Shown: positions 49,250 through 57,158 of the stretch, in pieces
How positions within the stretch are numbered: the first letter of the stretch is position 1
Layout of the letters: the number at the start of each line of letters is the position of its first letter
Assembly (NCBI RefSeq): GCF_001194135.2
Contig: NC_068984.1
Coordinates: 80,752,327 to 80,809,484 of the forward strand
From: Octopus bimaculoides
Lineage: Eukaryota
Direction: 5' to 3'
Length of the DNA: 57,158 nucleotides
Notes under the pieces: model-generated
What the model saw: the letters and a program-made list of their open reading frames with translations, nothing else
Database searches by the model: none
What the model was told of the DNA's origin: nothing
Program-made: the position numbers and the translations under genes

Positions 49250-49440
49250 GTTTTGGAAGAGATCAGTTTTGGCATGTTTTTTTCTACAACTGGATGCCAT
49301 TTCAAATGCTAACCATTTAACAGTGTGGACTGGATGCTTTCTACCTGGCACCAGCACTGGCAGGGTTACCAAGTAACTTGTAAGACAAAGATCCTTTGAG
49401 AAAGGATGGAGCATTGGAGAAGGTGATCTTATGCCAGATA
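49250..49440 (-). mobile_element. Degraded RTE-type 3' UTR segment
   Basis: Minus AAAGCATCCAGTCCACACTG..GGTTAGCATT..GGCATCCAGTTGTAGAAA resembles 11765-11830. Confidence 0.5.
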
Positions 49441-50189
49441 ATGAAAGGTTAGAGTGTGACAGAGAGACTGAAACAGGTGTCTTGCTGTAGAGGAGATACA
49501 CGGCTACTCTGTCAGAGAGAGAGAGAGAGAGAGAGAGACACACACACACACACACAAATGTAGGCGTAGAGATGGAGGGAGGGCAGGAGAGGGAGAGAGA
49601 GTGGGGAGAGTGATCAAGATTAAGGCCAGGAACAGGTGTGTTGCTGTAGATGAGATACATGGCTAACCAGTCAAAGGTAGAGAGCAAGAGAAATAGAGAG
49701 AGAGTGCAAGAGAGAGCAGGAGAGAGATGGCAGTGAAGTACCAGGGTATGCTCACAAGGAATGGGATTAGAGTATAAATGGGATGGTAGAGTAGAGCAAG
49801 GGAGAGATGAATGGTGGCAAAGTGCCCTCAAGATATGGGGGGTCAGAATAAAAATGACAGGGTATTGCCAAAGGTGCATGAGTAGGGAGTGGAAACTTCA
49901 CATGACTGCAAAGAGTGTTGGGATGCAAAGAGTGCAGTGACTGGTAAAATCTGGACATATAGAGGGGATGGGGGACAACAGGATGACAATGATACAGTGA
50001 GCAGGGCAGTAAGGACAGGATTAGGGAACAAGTAATAAGCATAAGCACTGTGCATGGAAAGAGGAAATGTGAAGGAGAGGAAAGATGTAGCTTGGTTTGT
50101 TGAGGCAGGATGTGAAAAAAGGTTTACTGTTACATGTGGGTGGAACCCACAGTGCTTCTAGAACACAGTTTTGGTGAAGTGGGTGGTCT

Positions 50190-51075
50190 TCTCAAGAACC
50201 TCATATAGCCAGATATCTTGGTCTATTGTCATCTCCTCCATGAGGCCCAACATCCTGAGATCAGTCAGACCTCACCATTTCATCCCATGTCTTTCTTGGT
50301 CTCCCTCTTCCACGGGTGCCATCCACTCTCAGTGATCAGCACTTCTTTATACATATGCATGTCTTCATTCATATGCATTGCATGTCCAAACAAATGTAAA
50401 CTTCTTACTTGCATGCAGCATCTGATTACTCTTATGCCCAACTTTTCTCTCAACACATTTGTACTTCATCTGTGCACACCAATGTTACACATCAAATTCA
50501 GCATACTACCTTCATTCCTCTCTAGTCTATGCATGTCTTCTGCATTCAGAATTCATGTCTCACTACTATGGAGTATAGCCGTTCATACACAAACATCATA
50601 CAATCTACCTTTCACTCTGAGAGAGAGAGTCCTTTTATTGCCAAGGTAATACCTCTCTGAAACTTCCTCCATATTATTCTTATTCTAGAAACAATACTTT
50701 CAGAACATCCTCTACCATTGCTAATTTGGTCACCCAAGTAACAGAAACTATCCAGAACCTCTGGGTGTTTAATAGAGCCTAATTTCTGTGTGCTCTTAGT
50801 GCTTATTGTTCCTGCACATCTGCCACATATGAAGACAACTTTATCTGTTAATCTACCTCTTATGTGTCCATAGTACTTTTCTACATACTGAGCAGGGCCA
50901 TTTACCTGATGGCAAGAGAATCTTATCTGCTTTCTTGCTAACAACAACTTTTGTCTTCACTAGGTTAACTTTAAAGTTAACCAGGTTTGCTTCCATACCT
51001 GGAATTTCTTCTCCAATTCTGCTACAGATTCTGCAATAAAGGCATGGTCATCAGCATATAATAGTTCCAATGGGC
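50190..51075 (-). mobile_element. RTE-clade LINE fragment: RT YADD region, Cys-rich insert and C-terminus, pseudogenised
   Basis: CPLELYADDHAFIAESVAELEKKFQVWK..VNLVKTKV..GKWPCSVCRK..FICGRCAG..EVLDSFCYLGDQIS..SRIRIIWRKF..LREKLGIR..DGTRGRGRPRKTWDEMV. Confidence 0.85.
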
Positions 51076-51579
51076 AAATTATAACAAGAAATTTAGTAAA
51101 ATAACTTAGTTATCATTCAGCTAGTGTTAAGAACATAAACTGTGACTAAGGTTTGGTGGAAGATTTTAATTCAAAACTTATGAAAACAAGACATTTGTAC
51201 TCAGTGCCAGAGCCGGTTTCAGCCAGGTTGGTAACGAAAGGGTACTTCTCCACTTGTTTCTGTGATGTTCCACTAACATGCAAAGTGCACTGGAATGAGT
51301 TTCTTAAGAGGTCCAATGTCTCAGTTTTTGTAACACTGATTTTCATCCCTGCCTTGCAGCACTTGGCAGTGAATCCAAATTTGGCTGCTAGAGATCCAAT
51401 TTTTTTTGTTGTACTGAAATATTTGCAGTAACAAATTATGTTATAAAGAGACTCTTTTACGGTTATTTCATCGATATTGTGGCTGGAGAGAGAAAAATAA
51501 TTTTCATTAAACTGAAAAATTTGTTATTGGTTCTTGTTATATTGCCACAGAATTTCACCTGTTTGTGTGTGTGTTCACA

Positions 51580-51950
51580 TATATCATCATCGTCATTTGC
51601 TGTCGTCGTCATCATTGTCATCATCACCATCGTCATCATCATCATCGTCGTCATCATCATCATCATTGCCTACTGCTATCATCACCATCATCATAATTGT
51701 CATCGTCGCTGTCACTGTAATCATCACCATAATCGTCGTCTTCGTCACTGCAACCGTCATCATCATCATCATCATAATCATTGTCGCCGTCGTCACCATA
51801 ATCATTGTCGTTGTCATCATCATCATCATCATCATCATCCAACATTCATGTTCCATGGGCTACATGGTTTGACAAGGATCCAATGAGTTAAGGATTGCAT
51901 TGAGATCCCATGTCTACAGCTGTCTGCCCTTTCTAATGCTAATCACTTTA
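51580..51950 (-). repeat. Expanded degenerate (ATC)n tail plus RTE-type 3' end
   Basis: (ATC/GTC)n 51580-51838, then CATTCATGTTCCATG..CATGGTTTGAC..CAGCTG..GCCCTTTCTAATGC. Confidence 0.65.
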
Positions 51951-52419
51951 TACAGTGTACACACAGGTACACACAGGGTGCTTTCTTTCATGATACCAAT
52001 GCTACTGAGACCACCATGGAGCTTGTAGCTCGCAAGTCAACAAACCCAAGGAGGGAGGATGTTGCGTCTTTATGTTAGATGGGGGTTAAGATATGAGGGA
52101 TGGGGCCAGGGTATAGCAGGTACTTATTGTAGAGGCTACCCTCATATGGCTTAGTGTAGTTTTTAATGTTGATATCAAATATACAATTAGTTTTTTGAAA
52201 TCAGGTACAGTTTTCAAGATGAGAAAGTTTTGGGGTTTTAGCTCATGCATTATATAGAAATTCCAATTAATGACGTGTATGCATGTATTTCATTTACATC
52301 ATGGAAACATACCTTTAAAATAAACTACATTATTCATTGCTGCATAGTTCAGATGCAATAATCCATCATCTTAAATTAACCAATCAAGATTTGTCCGATG
52401 AAATAGGTACTTCAACATT

Positions 52420-52906
52420 TCAAATTGTCCAGTCATAATTGTTCTGGAGCAGCGTCTGAGGAAGATGGTGAAAAATTTCACCAGGACATTTGTGCTATGG
52501 AGAAATGGTACTGGAATGACAGTATGTTGGCTGACTACTGCTGGACACTTTACTGTGATCAACCAGATCAGGAACACTACAGGAAATCGAAATCACAATG
52601 TTTCTAATATTTTTTTTCTTTGTTTGTTTTGTCTGACCCATTTTTTGTGTATTCACTCTTTGTAGAATGATATCGATGAATTTTAACTCAATAAACTCAT
52701 TTACTTTCTAAAAATTATATGTCCTTATTTATTATGTTAATGATTTCATATATACAAATATGTAAATATTTGCATGTATCTATTGAAAAACTGATACATG
52801 CTGCATATAAATGGAGAGAAATTTTGAAATCAGCATGAAAAATTAGTCTTAAAAAGCTGGTTTGCATTCATAATGAGTATAATACATTAAATTGTGTTGA
52901 CCAGTG
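52420..52906 (+). mobile_element. Chapaev3-like (CMC superfamily) transposon 3' fragment
   Basis: GAASEEDGEKFHQDICAMEKWY-WNDSMLADYCWTLYCDQP..YRKS resembles the SDEHGERFHQDI..ME.RYQG.W..MLADYCW motif I recall for Chapaev3; ends ..TTGACCAGTG (CAC/GTG terminus). Family name is from memory. Confidence 0.6.
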
Positions 52907-53069
52907 TAATTAGATGTTTATAAATCATTTGACACCAAATAATTTACAAACATTTAACTAAGTGGAAAAATTATCAGAAAAGCCATTTTTATTAATTTTT
53001 TTTAAATGTATACATATGTGCATACAAACACATACATACATACATACATATATATGTATATATATATAT

Positions 53070-53119
<50 letters not shown>

Positions 53120-53159
53120 GTACATACACATACATATACATTGGTTTTCAATATTTCTA

Positions 53160-53915
53160 GGATCACTATCACTACTCGACTTCCAACTGAAAATAACAGA
53201 AGAAGGAGAGATCCATACTGAGTTCTACAGGATAGCAACCAGTAGAGATATGTTTGTCCAGTACAGTTCAGCACTTCCAGTCAGTACCAAAATAGGATAA
53301 GCCTGAAATTAACTTGCACGCATCCAGTGCAGCAGCACAGAGGACAAGGTGACCCACACTACACACTTCCAAGAAATACTGAAAATCAAAGGGTACCCTA
53401 TATCCATTGTAAATTGGCTTAAGTACCCAAGATGACCAACACGCCAAACAGAAAGAAAACCCAGCAACACATGCTTCCTTAAAATACTCCATTTTAGTGA
53501 GAGGGTAACTACAGCCATCCGAAGAGCCATAAGAAGAGGACTAAACTTACAACTAGCCCACTCCAGCCCCTCTCTGAGAAGACACCTCGCAAAGAATCAA
53601 GCAAGGGACAGCAATCAATGCACACAAGCAAACTGTCCCATTTGTGATACAGACTTATGCCAACGGGTAAATGTTGTGTATAGAATACAATGTAACAAAT
53701 GCAACAAGTTTTATGTGGGTAGCACAAGACCATTACACGTTCGTATGAAAGAACATCTGAACATGAGAGCCTCCTCCTTCAGAAAACATCTAGACAGATG
53801 CCAGAAAATCGACAAAAGCATAGCAGTCACAATTGAGGCCAATAAAAGAAATTTAGGTAATTTAAGAATTGAGGAAGCTATGTTCATACACAGACTAGGA
53901 CTTAAATTAACAACA
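53160..53915 (+). mobile_element. Second, unrelated Penelope-like element fragment (RT thumb + GIY-YIG), pseudogenised
   Basis: SLSLLDFQLKITEEGEIHTEFYR..FVQYSSALPVSTK..GYP..CTQANCPICDTDLCQRVNVVYRIQCNKCNKFYVGSTRPLHVRMKEHL..LRIEEAMFI; a few stops, largely one frame. Confidence 0.8.
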
Positions 53916-54367
53916 GGCTGCAGGTTGGTAATCGATAAATTGGTTAGCCACAGCTGGATGTGTGTAGGTTCATTTTTGATAACATGCTCATGTATTATTT
54001 ATAAAAAAAAAAAGAGAAGGAGAAAAACTGTACATATAATACATAACTTAGAAGCTTATTTGTTTGTGGTTTAGTAACATAAACATAAAAGGAAATACAA
54101 TAGTAGAGATGGAAACACACACTCAGAATTGCTGAAGCATGGAATTAACTACCCACATCAATTGTTAACTGTCAACTGTTAACTTTTTTGTTAACTGTTA
54201 ACAACTGTTAACAATTGTTAACTTTTTTGTTTGTTTGTTTTAAAGACTTATTCATTGTTTACTTGCTGACATAATATTCTGTGTACTGTTCAAGCAGTTT
54301 TGGTTACTTTTTCTGAAGGGTTGTAGTTACACTTGAGCCCTGTATACAATAAGTTTGTTATTATAAA

Positions 54368-54820
54368 AGTATTTTAAGGCAGCGAGCTGGCAGAAATATC
54401 AGCATGCCAGGTGAAATGCTTAGCGGTATTTCATTTGTCTTTACGTTCTGAGTTCAAATTCCACCGAGGTCGACTTTGCTTTTCATCCTTTTGAGGTCAA
54501 TAGATTAAGTACCAGTTGCATACTGGAGTCAATCTAATTGACTAGCCCCTCCCCCAAAATTTTGAGCCTTGTGCCTAGAGTAGAAAAGATATATTAGTAT
54601 TTTAAGGCAGCGAGCTGGCAGAAATATCAGCATGCCAGGTGAAATGCTTAGCGGTATTTCGTCTGTCTTTATGTTCTGAGTTCAAATTCTTCTGAGGTCG
54701 ACTTTGCCTTTCATCCTTTCAGGACTGATAAATTAAGTACCAGTTGCATGCTGGGGTCGATCTAATTGAATGGCCCCCTCCCCAAAAATTTCAGGCTTTG
54801 TGCTTAGAGTAGAAAAGAAT
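54368..54820 (+). mobile_element. Tandem pair of SINE-C copies (228-bp period)
   Basis: First 65 bp identical (54368-54432 = 54596-54660), remainder diverged. Confidence 0.9.
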
Positions 54821-54879
54821 ATATTATTTCATGACATAAGGAGAGTGGATATGAGGTAAAGAGAAAGAAAGGAGTAAAG

Positions 54880-55310
54880 AGAGAGAGAGAGAGAGAGAGA
54901 GAGTAACTGAAAGACAGATGGATATTGACAAAGAAAGATAGGAAAAAACAGACAGACAGAAAGAAAGAAAGAAAGAAAGATAATCTGGAGGCACACATGT
55001 ACATATAAAATGATCACCAGGTAAGAAGATTATTGGATGAATATGAAGGTAGATAGTTGGATAGAGTGAGGAATGGATGCATGCATGCACATGTATAAAT
55101 GTTAATGTGACAAGAGAGAGAGAAAGACAGAGAGAGACAGACAGAGAGAGACAGACAGAGAAAGAAAGACAGACAGACAGACAGAGAGACAGACAGAGAG
55201 AGACAGACAGAGAGAGACAGACAGAGACTGACAGAAAGAGAAAGGGAAAGAGAGAGAAAGAAAGAGGGTGAGGGAGAAAGAGAGAGAGTGAAAGAAAGAA
55301 AGACAGAGCC
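54880..55310. repeat. (GA)n/(GACA)n/(GAAA)n microsatellites
   Basis: Directly visible. Confidence 0.9.
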
Positions 55311-55418
55311 TGTGTATGTGCGCGTGTGCAACGTTTGTGGGTTGTGTGTGTGATGTTGTGTCCATGTATGTTATATTTTTAAGCCAACCATCTCACACGG
55401 ACTTCCCTACCTGCACGG

Positions 55419-55578
55419 GCAGGCGTGGCTGTGTGGTAAGAAGTTTGTTTCCCAACCACATGGTTCCGGGTTCAGTTCCACAGCATGACACCTTGGGCAA
55501 GTGTCTTCTACTATAGCCTTGGGTCAACCAAAGCCTTGTGAGTGGATTTGGTAGACAGAAACTGAGAGAAGCCCGTCG

Positions 55579-55610
<32 letters not shown>

Positions 55611-56440
55611 CATATATANNNNNNNNNNNNNNNNNNNNNNNNNNNNNNNNNNNNNNNNNNNNNNNNNNNNNNNNNNNNNNNNNNNNNNNNNNNNNNNNNN
55701 NNNNNNNNNNNNNNNNNNNNNNNNNNNNNNNNNNNNNNNNNNNNNNNNNNNNNNNNNNNNNNNNNNNNNNNNNNNNNNNNNNNNNNNNNNNNNNNNNNNN
55801 NNNNNNNNNNNNNNNNNNNNNNNNNNNNNNNNNNNNNNNNNNNNNNNNNNNNNNNNNNNNNNNNNNNNNNNNNNNNNNNNNNNNNNNNNNNNNNNNNNNN
55901 NNNNNNNNNNNNNNNNNNNNNNNNNNNNNNNNNNNNNNNNNNNNNNNNNNNNNNNNNNNNNNNNNNNNNNNNNNNNNNNNNNNNNNNNNNNNNNNNNNNN
56001 NNNNNNNNNNNNNNNNNNNNNNNNNNNNNNNNNNNNNNNNNNNNNNNNNNNNNNNNNNNNNNNNNNNNNNNNNNNNNNNNNNNNNNNNNNNNNNNNNNNN
56101 NNNNNNNNNNNNNNNNNNNNNNNNNNNNNNNNNNNNNNNNNNNNNNNNNNNNNNNNNNNNNNNNNNNNNNNNNNNNNNNNNNNNNNNNNNNNNNNNNNNN
56201 NNNNNNATATATATATATATGAGTGTGTTTGTGTTTGTCCCCCACCGCCGCCATCGCTTGACAGCCGATGCTGGTGTGTTTATGTCCCTGTATGTTAACG
56301 GTTCGGCAAAGATACCGATAGAATAAATACTAGGTTTTAAAAAAATAAGTCCTGGGATCGATTTCTTCGACTATTACCCTTCAAAGCGGTGCTCCAGTAT
56401 GGCCGCAGTCAAATGACCGAAAAAAGTAAAAGAATAAAAT
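55419..56440 (+). mobile_element. SINE-B, full length, internal (TA)n contains gap 55619-56207
   Basis: Both halves match 18192-18610. Confidence 0.9.
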
Positions 56441-56948
56441 AGATTATGCAGCGCGGAATTTTGTCAATAAACAGGTCGCGGTCTGATAGCGACGAAAATA
56501 TTTTGGCAAATTAGATTTAAATGTTGAAGTGAATCTAACGGTTTTCGTGTGTTTCTTATAAACACCTTCCACGCTGCAATAAAATATATTTACATATTAT
56601 GAATTACCATACGAGATAACTCCCATTCCTTTAAGAGAGTTATCTCCCTTGAAAAGAGAAACCTGATCAAACTTTAAAAACTTCTGATGTTTTATGTGGA
56701 CTTTTGTCTGCATTGGAACTTGTTCTTATCTGTATTGGTCTACTTGTTCAGCGTATGTTGGAAATAGTAATGTTGAAATTTGGAAGCATTGAGTTTGGAA
56801 AAGTTTATGTAAGTATTTTTAATCGTCTGGTTTAAAAATAGTATGCATCCTCTGTATACAATGTAATTAAATTGGAACAAAAGTCTGTACAGCTTTTCAA
56901 TTGGTGGCGTTTAAACAGGTGACTTTGTTTTGTGCGTGATGGAAGCAT

Positions 56949-57158
56949 GTTGTTGTTGGCACTCCGTCGCTTACGACGCCGAGGGTTCCAGTTGATCTGA
57001 TCAACGGAACAGCCTGCTCGTGAAATTAACGTGCAAGTGGTTGAGCACTCCACAGACACGTGTACCCTTAACGTAGTTCTCGGGGATATTCAGCGTGACA
57101 CAGAGTGACAAGGCTACAACAAAAACAGGAAGTAAGAGTGAGAGTGAGAGAAAGTTGT
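56949..57158 (-). mobile_element. SINE-A 3' half, cut by window end
   Basis: Near-exact reverse complement of 31680-31893. Confidence 0.9.

Overview
Eukaryotic, AT-rich, very repeat-dense draft-assembly sequence with 13 N-gaps, most of them inside microsatellites. The SINE/LINE repertoire and the TA/TG/ATC microsatellite load point to an octopus genome (Octopus bimaculoides-type draft). That assignment is from memory of these repeat families, not from a search. I recognise no intact host protein-coding gene, tRNA or rRNA gene, and almost all supplied ORFs are microsatellite or gap artefacts. The real coding remnants are all decayed transposons: two Penelope-like (PLE) RT-thumb + GIY-YIG fragments (26.3-27.3 kb minus, 53.2-53.9 kb plus), several RTE-clade LINE fragments, mariner and DD37D (maT) transposases, a Chapaev3-like C-terminus and a pogo-like HTH. 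At least four tRNA-headed SINE families are present (my labels: SINE-A, -B, -C, -H). The most interesting signal is SINE-H: a tRNA/Pol III head joined to a tail that folds as a Penelope-type minimal type I hammerhead ribozyme. Two copies sit head-to-head around a 225-bp inverted copy of nearby DNA (9061-9825), and a third unrelated hammerhead-like motif lies at 2154-2189. All three carry G12->A, so these copies are probably inactive. Other notable items are a 5'-inverted RTE insertion, a miRNA-like hairpin in unique DNA, a three-level nested insertion, tail-swapping among SINEs and a microsatellite-seeding SINE.
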